A stretch of 64,000 nt of DNA, from NCBI GenBank assembly GCA_021778515.1, contig JAJYCJ010000001.1, positions 4,396 through 68,395 on the forward strand, written 5' to 3'. Source of the DNA: Acidobacteriota bacterium (lineage in GTDB: Bacteria > Acidobacteriota > UBA4820 > DSQY01). Both the position numbers and the translations under genes were made by a program. This document shows, one piece after another, positions 35,422 to 45,210 of the stretch; positions within the stretch are counted from its first letter, which is position 1; the number at the start of each line of letters is the position of its first letter. A model generated the notes under the pieces. That model made no database searches, was not told the origin of the DNA, and worked only from the letters and a program-made list of their open reading frames with translations.

Positions 35422-36538
35422 AGCGGGTCACGACGAACTCCTTCATCTCGCGGACGTACCGGTCGGCGTTGAAGCGCGCGGCCTTGGCGGTCATGGCGCT
35501 GGTCTGGAAGAGGTGCTGCTTGCGATCAAACTCGGCCATGGCCTGGGCCAGCGACTCCGCCGAGGGTTCTTCAAAGAAGAGTCCGGTCGCGGCGCCGAAA
35601 TCGGCTCCCTCGGGCGGGACCACGGTCTCCAGGGCGCCGCCCCTGGCGTAGGCGATCACCGGCGTCCCCGCCGCCTGCGCCTCCACGGGTGCGATGCCGA
35701 AATCCTCCTCGCCGCAGAAGAGCAGGGCCCTGGCTTGGGCCATCTCCTCGGCCACGGCCGCGTCCGGAAGGCGACCCAGGAAGGACACGGTGGGGCCGGC
35801 CAGCCGCTTCAGCCGCTCCATCTCGGGCCCGTCGCCCACCACGCGGAGCGGCAGCCCCAGCCGCGTGCAGGCCACGACGGCGAGATCCGTCCTCTTGTAC
35901 GGCACCATGCGCCCCACGACGAGGAAGGACTCACTCCGCCTCTCCGCGGGAGAGAAGCGCTCCACCTCCACGGGCGGGTAGATCACCGTCGCCTCCTTGT
36001 CGTAGATGCGCCGGATGCGGCGCGCCACGTTCCGCGAGTTCGCCGCATAGGCGTCCACCCTCCGGCCCGCCAGTGCGTCCCACTGGCGGATGTAGTGGAG
36101 CACGGCCCGGGCGGCCCACGACCGGGCACCTGTCGTTAGACCGCTCAGACGGAGGTATGGTTTATACAGATCCCAGGCGTAGCGCATAGGCGTGTGGCAA
36201 TAGCAGAGATGGAGGGCGTCGGAGCGCACCAGGGCCCCGTGGGCCACGCTGTGCGAGAAGGAGAGGACCACCTCCGCCTCGTCCAGATCGAGCTGCTCGA
36301 CGGCGAACGGGAAGAGGGCCAGGAAGGTCCGATACCGCTTCCGGAAGAGGGGCCGGTTCAGGAAGGTGGTGTGGATGATGCGGTCCCCGATGACCGAATT
36401 CTCGAACTGTCCGGGGTCATAGAAGAGCGTGTGGACCGGGGCCGCCGGGAAAAGGGTGCAGAGGAGTTCCAGGCAGCGCTCGGCCCCGCCGTAATCCACC
36501 AGCCAGTCCTGGACGAAGGCGATCTTCGGCTCAGTCAA
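35396..36538 (-). CDS. Glycosyltransferase family 4 (GT-B, WbuB-like)
   Basis: IAFVQDWLVDYGGAERCLELL N-terminus and an EX7E-type C-terminal GT4 domain; proposed TTG start overlaps the upstream GT4 stop by 8 nt (the ORF finder start at 36661 is preceded by non-protein-like sequence). Confidence 0.75.
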   Translation of the reverse strand: MTEPKIAFVQDWLVDYGGAERCLELLCTLFPAAPVHTLFYDPGQFENSVIGDRIIHTTFLNRPLFRKRYRTFLALFPFAVEQLDLDEAEVVLSFSHSVAHGALVRSDALHLCYCHTPMRYAWDLYKPYLRLSGLTTGARSWAARAVLHYIRQWDALAGRRVDAYAANSRNVARRIRRIYDKEATVIYPPVEVERFSPAERRSESFLVVGRMVPYKRTDLAVVACTRLGLPLRVVGDGPEMERLKRLAGPTVSFLGRLPDAAVAEEMAQARALLFCGEEDFGIAPVEAQAAGTPVIAYARGGALETVVPPEGADFGAATGLFFEEPSAESLAQAMAEFDRKQHLFQTSAMTAKAARFNADRYVREMKEFVVTRYEAFRDSP

Positions 36539-37667
36539 GGGCGAACTCCACGATCTCTCGGAGGCGGCGCTCCGGGTTGAAGAGCGTCTCCACCCGTCCC
36601 CGGCCCGCCTCTCCCATCCGCGCCCGGAGCACCGGGTCCGCCAGCAGGGGCTCCACGGCACCGCGAAGGGCCACGGCGTCCTTCTCCGCGTGGAAGCCGG
36701 TGACCCCGTGCTCCACGATCTCCGGCAGTCCGCCGCTCCGCGTGACCACCACCGGGAGGGTGCGGGCCATCCCCTCCACGGCCACCAGACCGAAGGGTTC
36801 CTCCCAGAGGGACGGTACCACCAAGACGTCCAGGGCGTCCAGAAAGGCCATGGATTCGACCATCCGCCCGGTGATGACCACCCTCGACGGGTCGGTGGCG
36901 GCCGCCGCCGCCCGCACCCGCGTCTCCTCGGCGGGGTCCTCGAAATCGGCCGCCCCGGCCACGAGCAGCTTGAGGCGGGGATAGGCCGGCAGCAGGGGAA
37001 GGAGGGCCTCCAGGAAGAGGCGCTGGCCCTTGGTCCGCGAGATACGCCCCAGGACGCCCACCGCCAGATCGTGCGGCAAGAGCCCGAAGCCCTGCCTGGC
37101 CGCGGCCCGCTCCGGGGGCTCCTTCAGGAACCGCGGGCTCACCCAGTAGAAGATGGTCCTGCCCTTGTCTCCGCAGAGGGCCCGAAAGGGGGCGGCCACC
37201 GCCGAGGAGCAGAAGACCACGTGGCGCACCTCGGGCCGCCCAAAGCACCAGTTCAGCAACCGGTGCTCCAGCCCCCGCTCGAAGATGAGGTGGAGGCCGC
37301 AGGTCACGGGCGTCCGGGTGTGCCGCGCGGCCAGCACGGCGGGGAGGAAGGTCCTGGGCGCGTTGGCGTAGATCAGGTCGGCCGCGTCAGCTTCCAGAAA
37401 TCGCCGCAGCACCTTCGCCGCCCGTCGGGCATGGATCGGATAGGCGAGCTTTTGTGAGATCGGCTTTCGGCCGGGTGTCATGTCGGGAATGGGAAGGGGC
37501 CGCACGGGAAATCCCGCCGATTCCAGGCTCTCCGACGCAGTGCCCCGCCCCGGAAGAAACACCGTGACCCGATGGCCGCCCTGGCGGAAGGCCTCGGCCA
37601 GGTCCATCAGGATGCGCTGCCCGCCGCCGAGACCTGCATACTGGTCCAGCAAGACCACGTGAGCCAT
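36531..37667 (-). CDS. Glycosyltransferase family 4
   Basis: Start chosen at MAHVVLLDQYAGLGGGQRIL; GT4 C-terminal domain (VVPSLWEEPFGLVAVEGMARTLPVVVTRSGGLPEIV); the 121 upstream codons in the ORF are not protein-like. Confidence 0.8.
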   Translation of the reverse strand: MAHVVLLDQYAGLGGGQRILMDLAEAFRQGGHRVTVFLPGRGTASESLESAGFPVRPLPIPDMTPGRKPISQKLAYPIHARRAAKVLRRFLEADAADLIYANAPRTFLPAVLAARHTRTPVTCGLHLIFERGLEHRLLNWCFGRPEVRHVVFCSSAVAAPFRALCGDKGRTIFYWVSPRFLKEPPERAAARQGFGLLPHDLAVGVLGRISRTKGQRLFLEALLPLLPAYPRLKLLVAGAADFEDPAEETRVRAAAAATDPSRVVITGRMVESMAFLDALDVLVVPSLWEEPFGLVAVEGMARTLPVVVTRSGGLPEIVEHGVTGFHAEKDAVALRGAVEPLLADPVLRARMGEAGRGRVETLFNPERRLREIVEFALD

Positions 37668-37902
37668 GGGTCCTAGGATACCCTGGCGGCAGGGCTCAGA
37701 ACAAGCACCCTGGGCGCCCCGATCCCGCGATGGCGCGCAGAAGGCGGTGGTGGGCGGAGGTGCAGGAGAACGGCAGATTCGGCGCCCGGGAGGCACTCGA
37801 CCTCTTCCATTCGAACGGAGCATGGCGCCCCCCCGGCCGCCGGGGGAACCAATCGGCCTCTTGCCGGTCTGACGATCCAGGTCAGGAGAAAGGAGGTGGC
37901 CC

Positions 37903-38604
37903 ATGTTCGAAACCGTCGTGGAGAGACCGAAGGGAGCCGTGACGAGGGGCATGAAGGCACTGCCCGCGGCGGTCATGGTCCACATGGCGCTGGCGGCCGC
38001 GCTTCTGCTCGCCGCCCTCCTGGCGCCCATCCACCTTCAGCCGCCGCCCTTCCAGTTGACGGGAGTCATCATCCCCGTGACGCTCGCGCCCGTGGGGAGC
38101 GCCAAGGCGCCTCCCGAGCGGCCGGCGATCCGCAAACCGGTCACCGAACCCCATGGGCTCACCGCCCCCGCCGAAGTCCCCAAGGGATTGTCCAAGGGCC
38201 TTGCCCCGGCGGATGAGGCCCCCGTCCAGGCCGGACAGGGCATCCCCGGTGGAGTGCCCGTCGAGTTTCTGGGCCAGGGCGGCCCTCCCGCCACGGCGCA
38301 ACCTCAAGCCCCCAAGATCCTGCCCGCCTGGGCCGTTACGGCGCCGCACCTGATCCGCCAGGTGCAGCCCCTCTACCCCGAAGCCGCGCGGGCCATGGGC
38401 TTGACGGGCAAGGTCCTGTTGCAAATCGTCGTGAACCAGGATGGACGGGTGGTGAGCGTGGAGGTCATGCAGACGAGCAACCCCATCTTCATCGATCCCG
38501 CCGTCGCCGCCGTGAAGCAGTGGCGCTACAGCCGGCCCATCGACGCCGGAGGCCAGTCCGTCGCCTGCTACGTCACCGTGCTGGTGAGCTTCACGATGGG
38601 CTGA
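37903..38604 (+). CDS. TonB family protein (energy transducer, C-terminal TonB domain)
   Basis: N-terminal TM, Pro-rich spacer, TonB_C motif (YPEAARAMGLTGKVLLQIVVNQDGRVVSVEVMQTS); RBS AAAGGAGGTG before ATG. Confidence 0.8.
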   Translation: MFETVVERPKGAVTRGMKALPAAVMVHMALAAALLLAALLAPIHLQPPPFQLTGVIIPVTLAPVGSAKAPPERPAIRKPVTEPHGLTAPAEVPKGLSKGLAPADEAPVQAGQGIPGGVPVEFLGQGGPPATAQPQAPKILPAWAVTAPHLIRQVQPLYPEAARAMGLTGKVLLQIVVNQDGRVVSVEVMQTSNPIFIDPAVAAVKQWRYSRPIDAGGQSVACYVTVLVSFTMG

Positions 38605-38659
38605 CGCCTGCCCTCCTCTGGATCCAGGCAGGGCCGGGGATTCTGGCGGCGGTTCTTCC

Positions 38660-39652
38660 TCAGTGGGCCAGGAGCGGGTCGAGACCGCAGGCGAGCATGA
38701 CGGCGAGGGCGAAGAGGTTGATCTGCATGAAGGCCCGACCGGGCGAGAAGCCCTCCCCTGCCGCGAGCAGTTTGCGCGAGGCCCACGCCAGCCAGGCGGC
38801 GCAGAGCACGAGCGCCACGACCGATGGGAGGGAGCGGACAACGCCGAAGAGGGGCAGGAGCAGGCTCGAAAAGGCGGTGGCCATCATCCAGACGCACGTG
38901 ATCCGCGAGAGCTGCCCCGGAGAAAACACCTGGGTGAGGGTGGGAAAGCCGGCCTGCTCGTACTGATCGCCGTACTTGAGCAACAGGAGCCAGAAGTGCG
39001 GGATCTGCCAGACGAAAAAGAAGAAGCTGAGCGCCAACAGACCGCCGTCCTCCAGGCGCCCGCCGCCGGCCACCCAGCCGATGGCCGGGGGGATGGCTCC
39101 GATGATGGAACCCGGAACCACCGCGAAGGCGGTGACCCTCTTGAGGGGCGTGTAGAGAAGATTGTAGGAGGCCACGGCGGCGGCTCCCAGGAGCGCGCAG
39201 AGAGCGCCGACTCCCAGCAGCAGGACCGCCTCGCCCCCCACCAGCAGAAGGAGCGAGACCAGGAGTCCGCCCGAGGGCGTGATCAGGCCCGCCGGGATGG
39301 GCCTCCTCCGCGTGCGCGCCATGAGTGCGTCGGTCTTCCACTCCTGCACCTCGTTGAGCGCCCCCGCTCCGCAGGAGAGCAGGAGGGTCCCCGCGAGGGC
39401 CACGAACATCTCCCAGTGGAGGGAGCGGGCCGCCAGCAGGTACCCCGTGGCCGCCGAGAAGGTGGAGAGGACGGCGATGTTGAACTTGGTCAGGACGCGG
39501 AGCAGGCCAAGGGAGCCCCGGACGTCCCGCGTCCGGCTGCTGGGCTGGCCCAGGCCCATCGCATCCGAAGGCCGAGCGGCATCCCTTCTGGGCGCCGCGG
39601 GAAGCGCCACCTCCCGGCTCCAGATCGCTGCCCTCGTCCTCACGTCGGCCAT
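38660..39652 (-). CDS. ctaB: Protoheme IX farnesyltransferase (heme O synthase), UbiA family
   Basis: Nine TM helices; UbiA Asp-rich region (NEVQEWKTDALMARTRRRP); RBS GGGAG before ATG; directly downstream of cox subunit II. Confidence 0.85.
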   Translation of the reverse strand: MADVRTRAAIWSREVALPAAPRRDAARPSDAMGLGQPSSRTRDVRGSLGLLRVLTKFNIAVLSTFSAATGYLLAARSLHWEMFVALAGTLLLSCGAGALNEVQEWKTDALMARTRRRPIPAGLITPSGGLLVSLLLLVGGEAVLLLGVGALCALLGAAAVASYNLLYTPLKRVTAFAVVPGSIIGAIPPAIGWVAGGGRLEDGGLLALSFFFFVWQIPHFWLLLLKYGDQYEQAGFPTLTQVFSPGQLSRITCVWMMATAFSSLLLPLFGVVRSLPSVVALVLCAAWLAWASRKLLAAGEGFSPGRAFMQINLFALAVMLACGLDPLLAH

Positions 39653-39663
39653 CGTGGCTCCCG

Positions 39664-40572
39664 CTACTTCAGGGTCTTGATATAGGCGATGAGGTCGTTC
39701 ACGTCCTGGGGCGTCAGGTCTTTCTGCACCGGCATGACGCTGGCGGGATAGCTCTGCACGATATCCGCGTTGGGGTCGAGGATGGACCGCTTCAGGTAGT
39801 CGTCATCGGCCTTGACGGTGCGCGTCTTGCCGTTGGTTGTCACGGTCACCTCGGAGTCGTAGAGCCCCTTCCAGGTGGGGCCCACGATCCTGATCCCGGT
39901 GATGCTGTGGCAACCGATGCAGCCCTTGGTCTTGTACAGGAGCTCGCCGTGGGCCGGACCTGTGGCGGCCTCCTGGGTGCTGTACCACTCCTTGAACTTG
40001 TCACCCGGCATGATGACCACGTTGGCCATCATCAGGGGGTGCCCCTGGCCGCAGTAGCTGGAACAGAGCAGGTCGTAGGTGCCCAGCTCGGTGGGGTCGA
40101 ACCAGGCGAAGTTGTGCTTGCCCGGCACCACGTCCTCCTTCACGCCGAAGGCCGGAATGAAGAAGCCGTGGATCACGTCCAGCGAGTGGAGGTCGCAGCG
40201 CACGGGGGTGTCGATGGGGAGCCGCAGCTCGCTGCTCACCTTGCCGTTCGGGTACTTGAACGACCAGGACCACTGACGCCCCGTCACCTCCACCTGCATG
40301 GCGTCGCGGGGCACCTCCCGCATCTGCTCCCAGCGCGTCCATCCGAAGTAGAACATGGAGAGGAACAGGAGGGTGGGGATGATGGTCCAGGTGGCCTCCA
40401 GGGCCACGTTGCCGTGGATGTCCTTGGGCTTGGGGTTCCTGCTCCGGCTGTAGCGGACGACGAAATAGATCATCGTCGCCGTGATGCCCACCAGGAAAAG
40501 GGCGGAGAGAGCTACGATGTAGATGAAGACGTGAGTGACGCTCTCGGTCAGGCTCGTGCTGGCTGGATTCAT
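39664..40572 (-). CDS. ctaC: Cytochrome c oxidase subunit II with C-terminal cytochrome c domain (caa3-type)
   Basis: Two N-terminal TMs; QWSWSFKYP; CuA site CSSYCGQGHPLM; C-terminal CIGCH heme c motif. Confidence 0.9.
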   Translation of the reverse strand: MNPASTSLTESVTHVFIYIVALSALFLVGITATMIYFVVRYSRSRNPKPKDIHGNVALEATWTIIPTLLFLSMFYFGWTRWEQMREVPRDAMQVEVTGRQWSWSFKYPNGKVSSELRLPIDTPVRCDLHSLDVIHGFFIPAFGVKEDVVPGKHNFAWFDPTELGTYDLLCSSYCGQGHPLMMANVVIMPGDKFKEWYSTQEAATGPAHGELLYKTKGCIGCHSITGIRIVGPTWKGLYDSEVTVTTNGKTRTVKADDDYLKRSILDPNADIVQSYPASVMPVQKDLTPQDVNDLIAYIKTLK

Positions 40573-40578
40573 GGACCG

Positions 40579-40884
40579 CTACCTCAAAGCCACGTCGAGA
40601 AAGGTCAGTCCGAGGAAGATGATGATGATGCACAGCGTCACCATCAGCATGATCCTGAAGAGGGTCTTCTCGTACTTCAGGTGCATGAAGAAGAAGACCA
40701 CGAGAGCCGCCTTGAGCGGGCTGATGATGAAGGCCGCCAAGGAGTTCCATCGCCCCCCGCCCATGTGGAGCAGGGAGATGGAGGAGAGCAGGAGCGTGAG
40801 CCCCACCAGGGCCGCCCACACCAGGGTGTAGGTGGTGTAGCTGACGACGTGGATCTCTTCGGTCGCTTCGTGAGCCACGGCCAT
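40579..40884 (-). CDS. Cytochrome c oxidase subunit IV (bacterial caa3-type small subunit)
   Basis: 101 aa, three predicted TM helices, positioned between subunits III and II. Confidence 0.7.
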   Translation of the reverse strand: MAVAHEATEEIHVVSYTTYTLVWAALVGLTLLLSSISLLHMGGGRWNSLAAFIISPLKAALVVFFFMHLKYEKTLFRIMLMVTLCIIIIFLGLTFLDVALR

Positions 40885-40890
40885 CCCCCC

Positions 40891-41526
40891 TTACGCCGCC
40901 AAATAGAAGAGCGGAAGCAGGAAGATCCAGATGATGTCCACGAGGTGCCAGTAAAGCGCGGCGTTCTCCAGGAAGACGAAGTGCTCCTGGGTGACCTTTC
41001 CGCGCGCCATCAGAATGAGCGCGGCGGTGAGCACGGCGATGCCGGCGATGACGTGCAGGCCGTGCAGTCCCGTCATGACATAGTAGAGCGAGAAGAAGAG
41101 CTGTTCCCCCGGCTTGCCCTGGAGCAGATGGGAATGCGGGAAGTAGCCTTGGCGGATGTGGCCGCTCCACTCCACGGCCTTGACAATCATGAAGGCCACG
41201 CCGGTCAGAATGGTCGTCCCCACGAGCCCCATGGCCAGCTTCCTTCTGCCCCGCTGGAGGGCCGTGATGGAGCTGGCCACGGCGAAGCTGCCCGTGAGCA
41301 GGACCAGCGTGTTGGCCACCCCCAGGATGGCGTCCATGTGGCTGCCGCCCGCGCTGAAGGCTCGCGGATGATCGGCCCTGTACATGGCGTACAGGACGAA
41401 CAGCCCGCCGAAGAGCATGCACTCCGAGAGGAGGAAGAGCCACATGCCGAGCTTGGCGCCCTCGTAGTCCCTGTGTTCCTCGTGGGCGTGTTCGGCCCGC
41501 CCCGCTTCCGCAGCCACGTCGCTCAT
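40891..41526 (-). CDS. ctaE: Cytochrome c oxidase subunit III
   Basis: 211 aa; conserved subunit III helices (GMWLFLLSECMLFGGLF...HGLHVIAG...LYWHLVD). Confidence 0.85.
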   Translation of the reverse strand: MSDVAAEAGRAEHAHEEHRDYEGAKLGMWLFLLSECMLFGGLFVLYAMYRADHPRAFSAGGSHMDAILGVANTLVLLTGSFAVASSITALQRGRRKLAMGLVGTTILTGVAFMIVKAVEWSGHIRQGYFPHSHLLQGKPGEQLFFSLYYVMTGLHGLHVIAGIAVLTAALILMARGKVTQEHFVFLENAALYWHLVDIIWIFLLPLFYLAA

Positions 41527-43154
41527 GATGCGAACGCTCCTTCGAAGTCATAGGCCTTTTCGGGGATCGTGGGGGGTTCCAGGAAGTTCTCGGTGGGCGG
41601 AGGCGAGGGGATCTGCCATTCGAGCGTCACGCCGCCCCACGGGTTGTCGCCGGCCTTTTCGCCCTTGAACACGGACACGATCAGGTTGGTGAAGACCACC
41701 AGGATACCCGCGATCATGATCCAGGAGCCCACCGTGGCGATCACCTGGGGCGTCTGAAACCGCGGGAGGTAGAAGGCATAGCGGCGGGGCATTCCCATGA
41801 CGCCGAGCACGAACATGGTGAAGTAGAGGAGGTTGAAGCCCGTGAACAGGAGGGCCCAGCCGATGTACGCCGCGCTCCGGTTGTACATCCGGCCGAACAT
41901 CTTGGGCAGCCAGTAGTGCAGGGCGCCGAAAAAGGCGAAGGCCGCCCCGCCGAAGATCACGTAATGGAAGTGGGCCACCACGAAGTAGGTATCGTGGAGC
42001 ATGACGTTCAAGGCCAGGGCGCCGAGAATCAACCCGGTGAGGCCGCCCACGGAAAAGAGAAAGATGAAGCTCAGGGCGTAGAGCATGGGCGGTTCGAGCG
42101 CGATGGAGCCCTTGTAGAGCGTCGCCGTCCAGTTGAAGACCTTGATGGCGCTGGGCACGGCGACCAGGAAGGTGAGGAGCGAGAAGACCGTGGCCGCCGC
42201 GTCGCTGAGGCCCGAGGTGAACATGTGGTGGGCCCAGACCAGGGAGCCCAGGAGCGCGATGCCCATGGAGGACCACACGATGGCGCCGTAGCCGAAGATG
42301 GTCCTGTGCGCGAAGGTGGGGATCATCTCCGAGATGAGGCCCATGGCGGGCAGGATCATGATGTAGACAGCGGGGTGGGAGTACATCCAGAACAGGTGCT
42401 GGTAGAGGAGCGGGTCGCCTCCCATGGCCGGGTTGAAGATCCCCACGTGAAAGATCCTCTCCACGAAGATCAGCAGCATGGTGATGCCGAGGACCGGCGT
42501 AGCCAGGACCTGCACCCACGAGGTGGCGTAGAGCGCCCACGGGAAGAGGGGCATCTTGAACCAGCCCATGCCCGGCGCCCGCATCCTGTGCATGGTCGTG
42601 ATGAAGTTGATTCCCGTGAGGATCGAGGAGAACCCCAGCACGAAGACGCCGAAGACCGCCATGGGGATGTCGGCGTGCGTCCTCAGGCTGTAGGGGGCGT
42701 AGAAGGTCCAGCCCGTGTCCGGCAGGCCGCTCCCGAAGAGGGAGGCGAGGGCGATGACGGCCCCGGTCACGTAGAGCCACCAGGAGAGCAGGTTGAGCCT
42801 CGGGAAGGCCACGTCCTTGGCGCCGATCATGATGGGCATGAAGAAGTTGCCCAGGGATCCGGGGACGGCCGGAATGATGAAGAGGAAGATCATGATCACG
42901 CCGTGCAGCGTGAACAGGGCGTTGTAGTAGTCCGCGTTCTTGAAGAGCTCGCCGTGGGGCGAGAGCATCTGCAAGCGCATGAGGAAGCCCAGCGACATCC
43001 CCACGAAGAAGAAGAACAGCGTGGAGACCAGGTAGAGGATTCCGATCCGCTTGTGGTCGGTGGAAAAGATCCAGCCGAAGATGCCGCTGAACCGGCCGTG
43101 ATCCTCAAGGTAGCTCGCCGCGCCCGCGCGCGGCGGCGCTTCGGAAGTCGTCAT
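41523..43154 (-). CDS. ctaD: Cytochrome c oxidase subunit I
   Basis: 543 aa from MTTSEAPP; heme/CuB ligand motifs (WFFGHPEVY-type region HPAVYIMILPAMG, HHMFTSG, VAHFHYV); 4-nt overlap with subunit III; the ORF finder fused it with SCO1-antisense sequence. Confidence 0.9.
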   Translation of the reverse strand: MTTSEAPPRAGAASYLEDHGRFSGIFGWIFSTDHKRIGILYLVSTLFFFFVGMSLGFLMRLQMLSPHGELFKNADYYNALFTLHGVIMIFLFIIPAVPGSLGNFFMPIMIGAKDVAFPRLNLLSWWLYVTGAVIALASLFGSGLPDTGWTFYAPYSLRTHADIPMAVFGVFVLGFSSILTGINFITTMHRMRAPGMGWFKMPLFPWALYATSWVQVLATPVLGITMLLIFVERIFHVGIFNPAMGGDPLLYQHLFWMYSHPAVYIMILPAMGLISEMIPTFAHRTIFGYGAIVWSSMGIALLGSLVWAHHMFTSGLSDAAATVFSLLTFLVAVPSAIKVFNWTATLYKGSIALEPPMLYALSFIFLFSVGGLTGLILGALALNVMLHDTYFVVAHFHYVIFGGAAFAFFGALHYWLPKMFGRMYNRSAAYIGWALLFTGFNLLYFTMFVLGVMGMPRRYAFYLPRFQTPQVIATVGSWIMIAGILVVFTNLIVSVFKGEKAGDNPWGGVTLEWQIPSPPPTENFLEPPTIPEKAYDFEGAFAS

Positions 43155-43156
43155 GT

Positions 43157-43990
43157 TCAGGACCTCGCCTCTCCATGCTTGGCCTTGCGGTTGGGGTTCG
43201 TGAACACCAGGAACGCCACGAAAGCGAGCGCTGACAAGATGACCGCCACGCCCGAGAGGGCCATGACCCTCGAAACGAGCACGCTGCCCTTGGGCCGGAT
43301 GCTGAAGCAGGAGAGGAGCTCGCCCACGATCCTGCCGCCCGTCTTCTCCTTGGCCGCGTCGGCGAGGGCCATCTGGAGGGCCGAGGGCACGTAACTGACG
43401 CCGTAGAGGTACTGGACCACCTTGCCCTTCGGGCTGAGCACGATGAGGGTGGCGGGGTGGATGTACATGTCCTCGTCCTTCTGGTAGCTGAAGCCCACCG
43501 CGTCGGTGACCTTGTCGATGTCGGCCTTGTCGCCGGAGAGGAAGAGCCAGTCCTGCGGCTGGATGGGCCTTTTGACGAGGGCCATGTAGTTGCGCTTCTT
43601 GTCCGCCAGGATCTGCGGGGTGTCCGTGGGGTCGAAGCTGATGGAGATGATCTGGTAGTCCTTGCCGGGATCGAGGGGCATCCGGTTCACAACGCCCGCC
43701 ACCCCCTCCAGCAGGCGCGGGCATATGCCGGCGCACCGAGAGTAGAAGAGGGCCAGGACCGTGGGCTTGGTCATGACCTGCCCGAGGGTGACCTCGCGGC
43801 CCTGCGAATCCGTGAACTTGGCGTCCAGGGGAACCTGGGCGCCCAGCTTCTCGGTCACGCCCTCGACGGTGATCTTGCCGGGGGTCTGGGCCATGACCGC
43901 GGCCGCCATCATGAGCCCGAGGCCCGCCGTCCATATCACCCGCAAGGCACCTCGGCCCGAACGCACCAATTTCCGTTCTTCTCTCTTCAT
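43157..43990 (-). CDS. SCO1/SenC family copper chaperone
   Basis: N-terminal TM, thioredoxin-like domain with CxxxC (CAGICP) and the conserved His region; immediately upstream of cox subunit I. Confidence 0.85.
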   Translation of the reverse strand: MKREERKLVRSGRGALRVIWTAGLGLMMAAAVMAQTPGKITVEGVTEKLGAQVPLDAKFTDSQGREVTLGQVMTKPTVLALFYSRCAGICPRLLEGVAGVVNRMPLDPGKDYQIISISFDPTDTPQILADKKRNYMALVKRPIQPQDWLFLSGDKADIDKVTDAVGFSYQKDEDMYIHPATLIVLSPKGKVVQYLYGVSYVPSALQMALADAAKEKTGGRIVGELLSCFSIRPKGSVLVSRVMALSGVAVILSALAFVAFLVFTNPNRKAKHGEARS

Positions 43991-44261
43991 GGTCCCAAAT
44001 CACCCAGGAATCACGCGTACGTCTCGTATATTTGGGGGACGGGCCGCCGCCGCCGGCGCCTCTTCGGGAAGGTCCGTTCTTCCCGCCCTGCCGTCCGATT
44101 CAACTCCCCGCGCCTGCGCTTGCGGGCCCGTTCCACTCCCTCTCCAATGCTTCAGGAGCGGCTCCCTCACCCTCCGCGGGGCTCGCATGGATAGTGAAAC
44201 AGCCGATGAACGAGATTATTCGCCCGCAGGGGGACAAAGGCGATCGCGCGCAGCCCCGCCC

Positions 44262-45194
44262 TCAAGTCCCCTCCCGGCGGGCCTGCGGCGGGGACCCCGC
44301 TCCCGTCGGGCCGGCCAGGCCCGCCAGCTCTTGCTGGAAGAGCTTCCACTGCCGGGCATCGAGCCCCGCCACGCCCGGGTCCAGGCCGTTGTTCGGCGGG
44401 TCCGCCACGGCCACGCGAACGAGGGCATCCAGATCGCTCTGCCAATCGGGGACCTGGGCCAGGACCCGCGCCGTGCGGCCCGGGTCCTTCACGAGCCGCC
44501 TGACGAGCCGCGCCCCCTGGCTGTCGTCTCCGGGAGGAGGCATGGGGATCGCGGGGGGCCGCTTGTAGTCGGCCGCCATGTGCTTCATGACCGTCGGGAC
44601 CGCCACCTTGCTGGGCGTCTCGCTCCCCTTCGAGAGGTTGAACTCCTTGTCCAGCGCCGCGATCTGCTGCGGCGTATCCTGGCCGTGGTCGAAGTGGCCG
44701 AGGGACTGCACGTAGTGGGCGAGAGCGAATCGGTCCATGGGCGTCAGGGTGTCGTAGGAGGCCATGCCCGTCCCCGCCACCCCTTTCGAGAGGGTCCGGT
44801 AGATGTCGGCGATGGTGTAGCCGTTGGTCCAGCCGTTGGGGCTCGTAAAATTGCGCGGCTTCGGATTGAAGGCCACGGCGGCCGGCCCGTTTCCCTGGCC
44901 AGCCGGGCCGTGGCAGGCCACGCAGTTGGCCTGGAAGAGCTTCTCTCCCTGGGCCACCGCCTTGGGCGTGGATTGGAAAGCGTCGTCCAGATCTACCCCA
45001 GGCTTCTGGTTGCCTTTCACGGTGGGAAAGATCGTGGGGTCCGAGGGGACCGCCGTGGCCTCCCTCCACTCCTTCTGCTGCTTGGAGATGAGGCCGCCCT
45101 TGGGCAGGAGCATGAAACCGAGGATCGCATAGAGGCCGGCCAGCACGAGGACCAGCGCTACCACGGAAAGGGCCTGCTGCTGCTTCTTGTTCAT
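44262..45194 (-). CDS. Membrane-anchored monoheme cytochrome c with about 130-aa C-terminal extension
   Basis: Start at MNKKQQQALSVVALVLVLAGLYAILG (TM anchor); class I cytochrome c domain with CVACHG; 16 nt downstream of actF. Confidence 0.75.
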   Translation of the reverse strand: MNKKQQQALSVVALVLVLAGLYAILGFMLLPKGGLISKQQKEWREATAVPSDPTIFPTVKGNQKPGVDLDDAFQSTPKAVAQGEKLFQANCVACHGPAGQGNGPAAVAFNPKPRNFTSPNGWTNGYTIADIYRTLSKGVAGTGMASYDTLTPMDRFALAHYVQSLGHFDHGQDTPQQIAALDKEFNLSKGSETPSKVAVPTVMKHMAADYKRPPAIPMPPPGDDSQGARLVRRLVKDPGRTARVLAQVPDWQSDLDALVRVAVADPPNNGLDPGVAGLDARQWKLFQQELAGLAGPTGAGSPPQARREGT

Positions 45195-45210
45195 CGGTCG
45201 CGCCTTTCGC

